Shown here piece by piece: positions 12,113 to 24,877 of a DNA stretch of 64,000 nt. The stretch's first letter is position 1. The number at the start of each line of letters is the position of its first letter. Location of the stretch: the NCBI RefSeq assembly GCF_026210795.1, contig NC_089432.1, forward strand, positions 1,798,001 to 1,862,000, written 5' to 3'. A program made the translations under genes and the position numbers. The notes under the pieces are model-generated. The model was not told the origin of the DNA. It saw only the letters and a list, made by a program, of their open reading frames with translations, and did not search any database. The DNA comes from Rhizophagus irregularis (taxonomy: Eukaryota).

Positions 12113-14441
12113 ATGGCTAAAAATGATAATATCGATAATCCGAACGAATGGGTTGAAAATGCTATTTCAAAGAAGCTTATTAAATATTATGAATATAAAC
12201 ATTTTAATAATATTAAAGAAATTGGCACCGGATCATTCGGAAAAGTTTATCGTGCAAATTGGAAAAATCCGGAAAAATATGAAAAATATTTAGCAATAAA
12301 ATCTTTTTTAAAATTTAACAAAGCTACCGCCAATGAGATCATTGAAACGGTAATTATTTTATGTAAATGAAAAAGAAATACTATATCTTTTTATTCTACA
12401 ACGATTCTTATCGTATTTATATTTGTCATTAGTTAAAACTTCAAAGCGAAGCCGATTTTCATGATAGTGTTATTCATTTCTTTGGAGTTACGTCAGGTAT
12501 GATGAAATCCATGGAATCTTTTGATGTAATGCCTTTATAAACCTTAGAAATCAACAAAAAATTTTTTATTATACATATTAGAAAATGATCAAAATAATCT
12601 ATCGAAAAATTATTCATTGGTAATGGAGTATGCAGACGGTGGAACTCTTAGAGAATATTTAAGAAAAAATTTTGATAAAATTACCTGTGATGACAAATTG
12701 TGTATGGCTTATCAACTTGTTTGTGCTGTTTCGTGCTTGCATAATGAAGGAATTGTGCATAGTGATTTGGTAATTGCATTATCCCTTATATTACTTATCC
12801 ATTAACTCTCAACGTAAAATCTCGATTAACAAATTTTCATCCATTTAATAATAGCACTCAAAGAACATATTAGTTAACCAAAATATTGTTAAACTAGGCA
12901 ATTTTGGGCTATCGAAAAGGTTCGAAGAAGATACCCAAAGTCAATCAAGATTATTTGGCGTGATTCCATATATTGATCCAAAAAGGTTAATTGAACGAAA
13001 ATATAAATTAAATAAAATGAGTGATGTATATAGTATAGGAGTATTGTTATGGGAAATATCCAGTGGTCGACCACCTTTTTATACCGAAGATGAGCAATAC
13101 GATATTAGTTTAATTTATGAAATTACACAAGGTTTGAGAGAAAAGCCCATTCCAAATACTTCAATCGCTTATATCAATTTATATACCGGTAAATATAATA
13201 TTTTTATAGGTAACTTTAAAAAAACAATTATTAACTTAAAGATTATTATTTTTTTAGATTGTTGGAATGAGGAGCCAGATAATCGTCCAACTATGAGTGA
13301 AGTAGTGGATCGACTGAAAGATATTATTTTTCCAAATGATGAAACGACAAAAATTGATCAGACGGGTGACGATGATTTAGTCATTATAAATATTGACAAG
13401 TCTGAATTTTCATCAGCTGGTAGATTGGATAAAAAGGTTACGAATAAAATATATGAAATAACGGAATATTTGAATGATCAATTTTTAAAACACGTTGATG
13501 AATTAGTTAATCTTATTTGTAAAGAGGTAAATGAAGGAAAAGAATTGGGAATAACAAAAGAACATATCTATGATTATTTCAAAAATCATAATATAAACTT
13601 ACAAGAAATTTATGATTGGTTACTACATAATCAAAATAATACAAATTCTATATTTTTGCTTGGATATTTGAATTATCGTGGGATTGGAACAATCAAAAAT
13701 GATTGGAAAGCATTTAATTTGTTTTTTGATGCATTAAAAAAAGATCACATATTAGCACGATATCATGTTGGATTATATTATGAAACTGGTAATACAATTG
13801 TAAAGGATGAAAAGTTAGCTTTTGAACTTTATGAAAATATAGCAAACAAAAATCATGCAGCAGGAGAATACAAAATCGGGTATTTCTATGAAAAAGAAAT
13901 AGGTATCAAAAAAGATACAAATCTAGCGATTTGTTGGTATGAAAAAGCCGCAAATAATGGAAATAGTAGGGCTCAATATAGCCTTGCTTTTATGTACAAG
14001 GAAGGAAAAGTTATTGAAAAAGATAATGTCAAAGCTTTTGATTTATTTAAAAAATCGGCTGAAAGAAAATATTCAAATGGAATAAATATGTTAGGGTGTT
14101 GTTATGAAGTTGGAATTGGAACTAGAATAAATAGAAAAATAGCATTCGAATTATATAAAACTGCTGCAGATTTAGGAAATACATATGGAATAAACAATTT
14201 AGGTCGTTGTTACCAAGATGGAATTGGGACTAGAATTGATAAATATAAAGCACTTGAATTATATCAAAAAGCAGCAAAACTTGGAAATAATAAAGCTCAA
14301 GTTAATCTTGCCAGAAAATATGAGATTGGAGAAGGACTTGCAAAAGATATAAACCAAGCGATCTATTGGTATGAAAAATCTGCCAAACAAGAAAACCTAA
14401 ATGCACAAATGAAGTTAATGAGGCTAAAAGAATTAGTTTAA
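12113..14441 (+). CDS. TKL (pseudo)kinase with 7 Sel1-like repeats
   Basis: Five coding exons splice in frame. GTGSFG and LAIK are present; HSDL replaces HRDL; NFG (12900-12908) replaces DFG. The Sel1 array ends at stop 14441. Confidence 0.85.
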
Positions 14442-15228
14442 ATTATAGTATTAATTTATACTAATAATTTCGTTATACATATACTTTAATTATATTATCA
14501 CTTCAATTTTTGTGATTGTAATAAATGTTTGCTACTAACAGTATATCAGATTATATAATAACCTACTGACTGCCGAGTAACCCGGCTACCCGACAACCCG
14601 ATAATCAAATTTCTCAAGTGTCCCGTATATTTTGAATTTTGCTGTAATTAACCGGTTAAGTTTAACCGGTTCCAACCTCTTGAACATGTGAACAAATTTA
14701 GCAACAATAGTCAATGTTAAAATCTAAGAAACTTAAAACAATCAAAAATGTCTAACAAATACACGGAATATCAGAGTTTAACAATATAACCGCAGTAGAA
14801 TGTACTAAATAAATTGAGAAACTAAAAATTTATAAAGCATTATAAATATAAACTTTTCAATAATTACTGTTTATTAAATTTAAGAATTTGTCGCGAAAGC
14901 AAAAAAAAAAACAAATTTTAACGAGGTTACTGCCAAAGAATACGATTTTCATTATATATTTATTTTCACCAAAAAAAAAGTTGATTAACTCAGTTTTAAG
15001 AAATTTATGTATTAAAAGAATTTTTTTATTATTATCCAAGATATTTTAATTGACAAAATAAAATTGATTTCTTTTATGAATCGGTTTTGGTATTAGTATA
15101 ATGCATGATGCCATATAATTTTAAGAATACACAAATTTCATTTGTCTTCATTTCTTTTTTTTTCTTTTGGTCGACATAAAGTTTGTGCTACGTTTAATTA
15201 ACATATCGGATATGATGAAAGCGGCAGG

Positions 15229-16384
15229 TAGTAAGTAAGTAACGGAAATTGGCTAAGTAAGTAACGTAAAATTACTGTTTTAGGCCAATTTACGTTACTC
15301 CCCTTATATAAGGCACGGAACGTAAAGTCAATTATATTTACTTTACGTGTACCCCTTATATAAGGTACAGAATGTAAGGTAATCGGTTAAACTTAAAATT
15401 TTATTGCGAAAATATTTTAAAAATTTTTTTGCAAACACATTTATTCAAAACAATCGATTTATTTAATGAAATTTTATTTGCAAATATTAAATTTAAGTCA
15501 CACATCTTCGATTTTAACGAAAAAAATCACTGTATTTATTTTAATGTAGTGATACAAATAAAAAAACAATAACAATAAATAAAAAAGATAAATAAATTAC
15601 AATGATCAAGAAGAAAAATGCTAATAAAAAAATGAAATAACAATGGAGTAATGGAAAGAAGAAAGGGAGTAAAAAGGAGTAATGAGAAGTGATAGGAAAC
15701 AAAAAGGAGAAATAGGGCATGATGGGAGATGAAAAAGAGTGATGGGAGATGGGAGACGAAGAGGAGTGATGGGAGACGAAAAAGAGTGATGAGAGACGAA
15801 AAAAAGTGATGAGGGACAAAAAGAAATGATGGGAAGTAAACAGGAGAGAAAAAGAAATAATGGAAAATGAAAAGATGTAATAGAAATAATGGGAGACGAA
15901 TAATGAGGTGGAAAATGATGAGGGACAAAAAATAAAAAAATGATCATGATAAGAGGTTCGGTAATGATAGAAAACCAAGTAAAAAATAAATCATAAAGTA
16001 AAACAAAAATGAAGTTAGTAAATAAGATAAAAACAAAATAAAAAAATAAATAAAAAATAAAAAACATACCTTTATTATTTATAGAACTGAAAGGACTAAA
16101 ATAACTAAATAAAAAAATGAAATAAAATTAGTGAAAAACGAAATATGAAACAGAAACAAAATAAAAAAAATAAAAAATAAGTAAGAAACGAAACTACAGT
16201 ATACTGAAAACGAGATTAGATAAAACAAATAAACATGACGCAATCATGTGGAAAATATAAGGAGTAACGTAAAATATTTACCAAAAAAATTTACGTTCCG
16301 TACCTTACTATATAAGAGAAGTAACGTAATAGATCATGTGACTTTACGTCACTTACTTTGTCAATTTCCGTTACTTACTTTCTA
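15229..16384. mobile_element. Non-autonomous TIR DNA transposon with internal purine-rich minisatellite
   Basis: ~42-bp TIRs: tagtaagtaagtaacggaaattggctaagtaagtaacgtaaa versus the reverse complement of the right end, tagaaagtaagtaacggaaattgacaaagtaagtgacgtaaa. Subterminal ccttatataagg repeats; gagtgatgggagacgaa repeats at ~15715-15910. Confidence 0.8.
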
Positions 16385-16769
16385 TATATTCTGATGAAAG
16401 GGCCATATAAAACAAATAAGAACTCATTGATCAAATATAAAAATCATTGTTCTAAAGAATAAATAAAATAAATTGATTCTCTCAAGTATATCGTGCAAAA
16501 TAGAAATATACAGTACAGAGTAATAAATAAATTTATTTATTGAAACTGTTTTGAAAATATTATTATACGAATACGTGTTCTATCTATTAGTTCTTACGTA
16601 TATGAACTAGTATAGTAGACACAATGTTTTGCATTAAAATCTTTCGTAAATTCAGTAAATTCAGAGGAAAAAAATCACTATAGAGAAAATTGTTGGTGAA
16701 ATAATTTTAAAATAACAAATTCATATTTTAATAATATACTGTAGAATCAATTCAAATTTATATTCATGA

Positions 16770-17065
16770 TTTAGCTTAAAGCTCAACGAGATGTAGTTTT
16801 TTATGACTTTTTTCTTTTTTTAATTAGAAAATATAAATAAAAAGAAAAAATATTTAAGTATGCCGTCAATAATCTTACCTGAAGGAATAAACTCAGCTCC
16901 GCGTATCAATTGGTTTGTGCTGTTTCATGCTTACATGATAAGGGAATTATTCATCGTGATTTTTATCGAACTTATCCTGAAACAATTTGCATATTTTGTC
17001 ATATGATGTTGTTTATTTAAATATATCTTTTAATTCTTTAATAGAACCCCGGTAATGTAATCCAC
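16770..17065 (+). pseudogene. Kinase remnant of the 48649/57940 subfamily
   Basis: Reads ag|LKAQRDV and AYQLVCAVSCLHDKGIIHRD. Upstream 15055-15225 and 16390-16490 match the upstream region at 47935-48625. Confidence 0.7.
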
Positions 17066-17783
17066 CCGGCTCATACGCAATGTAATTTGTATTTTAAACA
17101 ATAATAATAAAAATAAAATTTTCTCTAACTTTAGAGACATTAAACATCCTATGGGATTTTTTTATAGAAATTAAAAAATTCTACGTAGAAAATTACATTA
17201 TTCATTTTAATTTTATACATTGGGAATGGTTTTATATGCTATCATTATTTTAATAATTCATATAAAATAATTGGAAATATAAAAGATTTATTTAAATTAC
17301 AAACTAAGAAATTTGTTCTAGCCTTAACGTTAGTATTTAAATAATTTTAAAGAAAGAGAATACATACTGAATATTTAATATTTGGATAAAATATAAAAAA
17401 AGGAATTATTTAAATTACAAACTACGAATCCCATAAAATATTTTACTACTACAGCCTTAGTGTTTAAATAAATCTAAAAAGAATAAAATAAATAACAATT
17501 TCTGTTGAGTACATGATATCAAATATCACTAAATAAATCATGAATTACTTTTAAAAACACAATCAATTAGCTAATTTTCAGGTAAAATTTATATCGTATC
17601 TTGATGAAAGTAAAGAAAACGCACTTCTTAATATACAGTAATTCAATTACTAATATTTAGTAATAATTATTATTATGATTCCTATGCTATGAATCATTTT
17701 TTTTTTTTTTTGTAAAGATGTATCTATTTATATTTAGAAAATCTCACAATAGGTACCCTAACAGATTATTAATCATTTGACCT

Positions 17784-19870
17784 TTACCTCGAATAATAAG
17801 TCATCGGATTTGGAATTTTGTAATCTTTTTTTAATAATTTTTTAAAACATTTCCTAATTTGTTTGATCTAAAAAAAAAAATCACATATAGAAGTTTAATA
17901 TTCTAACATTAAGATTATGAAATATTAATTAATATATATGACTTAAATTACTTTTCTACGATTCCTAGTAAAAATTCGAATATAAAGTTCTTCATATTGT
18001 TTTGGAGTAAGATAGCTCACTTGCGATTCTTCCAATTTAAAAACTATAAAACCATAAAGAATAAATTAATAAATGTTGAAGGTTAACGTGTCAACAAATA
18101 AATAAACTAATTCAATATAGTGTATACCATCATTCGGTTGATTTTTATCATAAAATTCAACATTATCGATCGGATTCTCATCCTTATTTCCATAATTCAA
18201 ATTAAATATATCTACAATTACGTCATCTTTTTCTAGTTCAGCTCCGTTTGACCGATGCTTTACGATTTTTTTTTCGGTTACTTTATTCTGTTAAATAAGT
18301 AAATAAATATAATTTTGAATTTATAATTTATAATGCTGACATACAATGATTTTACCCTCTTGAATTGTTCTTTCAATTCTTTAGGAACTAAGTACCCATC
18401 AACGAATTTATAGAGTTTTCTTTTTCGAATACGTTTGATGATCTTTTTTGACTTTTTCAAATTCTAAAACAGATTTAAATAATCAATGAACTATTTTACG
18501 TTATAATACAAGAATACTGTATAATGTAGCAGCTTACCGGATTATTATCACATACAATTCTATTTAAGATTGTATCATCCATTTTTAAATAATCTTTTGC
18601 ATTATTAATACTATGAGATATTTTAAGAACTTCATCCGCCGCTTCTAAAGCATCAATTATCATATAATCTATTGCTTTGCCTAATTTAATAATTACGTAA
18701 AAAATTACTTAAATTGTGAAAAACTGAAAACAATTAGGGTTTTAAATTAATTATAATTACCAACAAAGTGTTTATAAGCTTTTTTGTGTAAAGAATACCG
18801 TGTGTGAAAGAGTTCGTAAATATTATAGCTTTCCTTAAAATCATATACGATTTGATTATTAGAAACACGAGAGTAATTCATAAGTCTTGAAAAATCAAAT
18901 TCTGATTTCATCCCAAGATAGTAACAATCACGTGCCAAATAATCAAATTTGTCGACATCGATTGAATTACGTTGATTAGATACTATGTCGAATAGATATG
19001 GAGGTCTTAAATATTGGTATATTTGTTTGTTTAATATTTTTGATCAAGTAGCAATAAATATATATCACAAATTCATAAATTTACCTATCCCCAGTGTTAT
19101 TCCCAGTGATTAAGTCTCTAATTAACTGTTTATCATCTTCACTCAAATCACCAGCTATTCCTTTATATTTTTTTAAAATATCATTAAACATCATTATAGA
19201 AGCCTCTTCATGTTTCCACTTAATACGATCGGTCCTTTTGCGCAAAAAGGAGTGAATATTTAATTAAATATTATGTTATTTATTTTGTTACAGAACAAAC
19301 CTTGTTTTTCTAATAAATTCTTCAAAGAGATGACTAAATGGACCATGTCCTATAAAAATCGTAGAGCTTATTAGTAATTTATGATTAGTTCAAGAATAAA
19401 AGTTGAATTAACATACCCAGATCATGACATAATGCAGCCAATGTCACACATTTTAAATCTTTCTCGCTACATCCTAAATTAGGTTGTGACTCACGGATTC
19501 TTTTCACCAACGAATGGGCGAGATGAGCAACACCTGAAACATGATAATATAGTTCAAGGGTTATTTTGTTAACGGAAGTTTCTTCGCTTTCCAGCAACGA
19601 ATTATGAATTTAATATAGCATGAATTTATTACCTAAAGAATGTTCAAATCTATTGTGGCTGGCACCAGGATACACATAATAAGAAGTTCCTAGTTGTTTG
19701 ATACTACGTAATCTTTGAAAATGTTCAGTATCGATAAATTTAACTACCCAGTCATCGAATTCCATTAACCCCTGTTTATTATCATTTTAGTATATCGCGC
19801 TCAAAAAAAAAAAAAAAAAAAATTTAAATCAACAAGTTACATGAATAGGGTCTTGTATTCTTTTAGTCAT
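17784..19870 (-). CDS. SAMHD1-like HD-domain dNTP triphosphohydrolase (no SAM domain), 11 exons
   Basis: The spliced product reads [87 protein letters not shown]. All intron phases are compatible. Confidence 0.93.
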
Positions 19871-20253
19871 GATACCAAATTCCAAAGACAAAAAAAAGAA
19901 AAAAGGATGAAGAAAAACATAAAATTCAAAAAGGAATCATTCCTATATATAATCTAACTATAATAGTGAAACAAACCCCCGCTCACATTGTTACACCCTA
20001 TTGTTACGAAGCCGCAGTGACTTGTTGATCATTTCGGAGTATATAGAAAGTGTTGTTTTTTTTCTAACATATGTTATATTATATGGTATATTAATTTATT
20101 GGATAATTTAATTTTTTTTACAATTATTGTTAGAATTGAAGTTTTTCGGCCGTTATTCAGCCGTAATATTTCGTCAACCTTACAGAACTGTATGGTGTCT
20201 ATTGGCGCTAGGTATTATAGTATAAGTACAGAATTAAATTTGGTATGTACAGT

Positions 20254-20419
20254 ATATAATGGTGTAATTAGCCTAAAAACGGAGTCTAATTCCTGATTGC
20301 CGATCATCCGGACCCGGTTTAGTCGCAAAAAATCCCTAGAATTCCACGACGATCTACGCTTGAGCCGGGTCCGGATCACGTTGCGGCTAATTATTTTTCG
20401 GCTAACTACACCATTATAT
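20254..20419. mobile_element. Palindromic MITE upstream of the SAMHD1-like gene
   Basis: TIR atataatggtgtaattagcc / ggctaactacaccattatat, plus an inner inverted repeat atccggacccgg / ccgggtccggat. Confidence 0.7.
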
Positions 20420-21599
20420 GAAGTATGCTGATTCAAATTACCAAATTACCAAATTGTGATATTTTTTTACCTAAAAAAAAAAAGAATCCGAAAACGAATT
20501 AAAACCGGACGAATATTGATATTTGAATACACAATCACGATAATAACTATATTGAAAAGCCAGTTTTTTTAAAAATGAAAGAAAAAGCCATAAAATTTTT
20601 TCATCATACGGACAATAGTTTATATAATCGAAGTTTTTCTTTTTTTCATTTCAATATGTAATGGCAAATCAGGAATCAAAGATTTTTTTCGAGAGAGAAT
20701 TAAAAAAATTCTCAGTTTAGAATGAAACGATACAACTTACAGGTCAAAAGATAGTTTTTTTTAGGAGGATAAAAAAATGTCAATCACGTGATCCAAAGAA
20801 GTCCCAATTTGACAAATTATATCAAAAATCCAACATTGTAATCAATACAACAACCAACTACTAAGCTTTCTTATGCCGATATGGCCAAGAAAAATCCTAA
20901 TGATCAAAGAATTACCTTGGAATAAAGCCAATGTGTCGAGTTCTCAATCAACAGTGACTAAGTTCAAAACCTTTCTGAAACAATTTCAAAAGGCAAATGC
21001 ATTTTTTTTATTATTATTATTTTTATTCTTTAGACAAAACAGAGACTGTGGATCAATGATCGACAAGAATAATTTAGCCTAATTGATGACCGGGTTAGAT
21101 AACCGGTTGAATGACGTATTAAGAATCTTAAAACAATCAAAAATGTCCAACAAAAATGCATGATGATCAAGATTTGTTATTGTTATTTAGTAGTTATTGT
21201 TAATTAAAAAGAAGATTTTTTTATTAAATATGAGAATTTTTATCTGCAAAATTAATAACATATCTTACCTAAGATACTGTATTATTTATTTAAATAAGTA
21301 AAAGGTATAATTGTATTTGTTCAAAATCCTTTTTTTTTTTTCGTCAGAGTAGTGTCAGAGTCATATTAAAATGATCAGCATACAGTTACGAAAGAATTTT
21401 TCAACAATTAAAAAGAGTGCAATAAACCACTAATAAACCAGATTCTTTTTTTATTAAATATGCTGAAAAATTAGTAATAAATAATTATCTAAGTTTTTTT
21501 TTTATTAAAATATAAAATAAACAAAATGTATAATTGCCTGATCTTTTTTTTCGTACTAAAATGGTCAACATACAGTTTAATATAAGAATTTTTCTAACT

Positions 21600-21937
21600 A
21601 TCACCGGGGTGATGATCACCGGTGACTGAAATTATGACAATCGACCAGCATTAAAAAAATATAGTGCCGGTAAAAATTGATAATTCCGGCCAACGGTGAT
21701 GATCACCCCGGTAGTGTTTCGATCCGGATAAAACCTCAAATATTTTAACGTGGGATTATGATTAAAAAAGGTTACAAATTTCGGCTTTGAGTGGACTATA
21801 ATTTCGGCCAGAATTAAAATAATATTATTCCATAAATTTTTATTAATTTTGGTGGTCCCAGCCTAAATTAACCGAGCCGGTATCCGGATAAAAACCGGAT
21901 AAAACCGCTACGGATCGAAACTCTACACCCCGGTGAT
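21600..21937. mobile_element. MITE (atcaccggggtgat TIRs) interrupted by a nested hAT MITE
   Basis: Left end atcaccggggtgatgatcaccg; right end cggtgatgatcaccccgg[insert]tgat. Confidence 0.75.
21712..21925. mobile_element. Nested hAT-type MITE
   Basis: TIR tagtgtttcgatccg / cggatcgaaactcta; perfect 8-bp TSD caccccgg at 21704-21711 and 21926-21933. Confidence 0.9.
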
Positions 21938-23014
21938 TTGATAGTAAAAAATATAAAAGAACTTTTTTTTTGAAATAATCTAAAATTAATAAAAAATACA
22001 ATAGAACAGATTCTTTTTATTAATAAATAACAAAAATATAAATAAAGTTTTACATAGTTAGTTCTCAAGTAACTCTATTTGATAGATAATTATACATTAT
22101 TAAAAAAAAAAATTGTCATATTTTTTTTTAAATAATAGTAATTAATTGATGGAACTTCATAAGTTAAACTAATTGAATTAAGTAAAGTAATATTTTGATT
22201 TACTAAACTAAAAAAAGAAATCAAAAAAAAAATTAGTAATCTGGAGATAGCCATTACTATGCAAAAAGTGATTTAACATAAGACATTACTTTTTGATTAT
22301 TCACGTAATTAACATTAAATAAATTTTTTTACCTAAATTAAGTAGAATTAAAATTATTTTTTATTGTATTATTTTTATTATTCCAATTTAATTAAACCAA
22401 AAAAGATATGAATTATCAGAATTAGTTAATCCATGATTAGTATAATTAGTGACTTTACAATGATCAAAATTTTCATTTTTTTTATTATGAAAAAATTTTT
22501 TTGCAAACATAAAAGATAGAAATTTTTTTAAATTCTTTTATTATATATAGAAAGTATATAATTTTTTTCTTATAGTCTTATATGATGATCAAGATTTATT
22601 TTTGTTTAAACATTAAAAAATATGTTTGCTGTTTAAAAAGAAAAGCATTGATTATAAAATTTCTTGCCACATTTAAATCATAAATATTAAAATAAGACTG
22701 ATGATTGGTTATATAAATGGAATTCTTTAATTTTGACTGCACTTGATTATGATTCTATAGAACTGATGTAACAAATTATAATAGAATATCAGTGAAATAC
22801 AATAGATTATATCATCATTTGGATTTTAGTTTTATAAATTCAAAATTTGACATTTTTTAATACAATGCATAGTTATTTATTAGTATTATTTATAACAATA
22901 AATGTTCAGTTATTCTAATTTCAAGTTATTGCCTCACATATAACAGTTTAGAATGCCCTGTAAGGGACTGAGGCAACTTGTTTAGTAAATGAAAAATAAT
23001 ATCCAATGATTACT

Positions 23015-23342
23015 CGAGAATAAAATCACGCTGATCAGCAATTAGAATTTATATAAACTATATTTGAATCGAATGATGGTGCATTTTTTTGAATGAAATG
23101 TTTGGAAGTACAAATGCACGTTATCGTGTTACATACATTTGATTGTAATTTTACTTAATTCTGTCGGTATAGAATTAATATTTCCTTGTAATAAAAAAAA
23201 AATATGGAAGGAAGTTCAAGTTAGGTAAATTAATATTTTAAGTAATATTAAAATTTAATTAATTGCAAATCGTGAAAACTTATTTTATATAATATAGAGT
23301 GGAAATTCTTTTATCGATACTTCTACTGGTAACTTAGAAAAA
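23015..23342 (+). pseudogene. Truncated duplicate of the promoter, exon 1 and start of exon 2 of the RING-TPR gene
   Basis: Matches ~24595-25017; atggaaggaagttcaagtTAG here versus CAG in the intact copy. Confidence 0.8.
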
Positions 23343-24877
23343 TTAGAGGAATGGTAAATAAAATTCACAATATCCTAGTTAGCATAAATAGAAAAGTTAA
23401 TATAAATCATTGGATAGACTAGAATTTACATTTTGGTATTTATAAATTGTATTTCTGCGGGAAAAAAATTTTTTTTCTCTAGCAAATTTTTTATATAATT
23501 AAAATTTTTCCAACCAATCTAAATTTTTTCAGTTTCCCTTTTTTTAATTTTTATTTTTTTTTCTTGAACTGATCTTTTTACTTTTGGTTTTTTCTTTTTT
23601 TCAAATTTCCTCTTTTCTCTTTCGAAACACCTTTTTCTTTTCCCAATTTTTTTTTTCTTTTTCTTTCGAATTTTCCTTTTCGGTTTCTTTTTTCAACCTG
23701 ATTTTTCTCTTTGTCCCTCCCTTACGAATTTTTTTTTTCGTTTTTATTTTTTTGTATTTTTTTTTCCGGTTGGCTTTTTTTTTTCAAACCGAATTTATTT
23801 TTCCCAAATACATTCTTTCACCATTTAAGTTTGGACCGATGCTGCGCCACTATGGCAATTGCCTTTTTTCCCAATTCTTACTATTAATAATAATAATATT
23901 TTTTAGGCTGTATCAAGCTCAATAATAGATTAACATAATTATTTATTTATTATGTAACAATAGATCGGTTATAATTAATATTTCTGGAGAATTGTTTTTT
24001 TTTCATGTCAATTAGTTCGTTATAATTAGTTTTTCTGGGAATTTTTTGTTTCATATTAATTAGTGAGATATTTTTTTTTCTATAATAATAGATTGCTATA
24101 ATGAATTTCTTTGAGATATGGTAACAATATATATGTATTTTTTCAACAGAGGATATAATTTTTTTTTAATGTTACAATGGAATTTTTTTACGATAAAAAA
24201 GATTTTTTTGTAACAATGTAACAAATAAATTACTATACAAAATTGTCTTTGCAATGAATTTGTAATTATATGTATAAATAAATCATAAATTTCACAGTAC
24301 TGCAACATTTATTTTGTGTGATAAATAAAATTTCCATATTTCATATACTGTATAACACTCGCACACAATTCATTGTTATTTGTACAATCATATAAATTGT
24401 GTAATTTATTACATTTATTTCCTACTAATGCTATCATAATAATAGTAAAAAACTAGACCTATTCACACTACATGGCAAATAAAATATAAGTGTTTATTAT
24501 TACTCTCTTACTTGATGGCAAGTATCATCCCTGGCGCAACGCGACGGGTTAGTACTTAAAAAAAAATGAAAAGAAAAGAGAAGAAAAAGAATAACCAATG
24601 AAATCACACTGATCAGCGCTTAGAATTTACGCCCAAATTTTTACAAATATTTGTGACATGTTACATTAAATAAATACTGAAGTAGTAATACGTTATTGTA
24701 ATTTTACTTAATTCGGTCGTTATGATAAAATTTTTTCTTGTAATAAAAAATATGGTACTGTTTAGGTTATGTTTATGCAGATCTTGATGGTATTGCATTT
24801 TGATTATAATTTTACTTAATTTGGTGTTTGGTCGGTATAATAAAATTTTTTCTTGCTTCTTTTTGTAATAAAAAAAT

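Noticed and set aside
13189..13257. Stop-free 69-nt intron read through in the 493-aa ORF
   Set aside because: Same position as the intron in all paralogs with canonical GT-AG; probably chance.
15536..16067. Three overlapping F/L/S-rich minus-strand ORFs
   Set aside because: Artefacts of the purine-rich minisatellite inside a TIR element.
20850..20930. SYADMAKK motif resembling a LINE ORF1 N-terminus
   Set aside because: Too short, with no supporting frame or termini.
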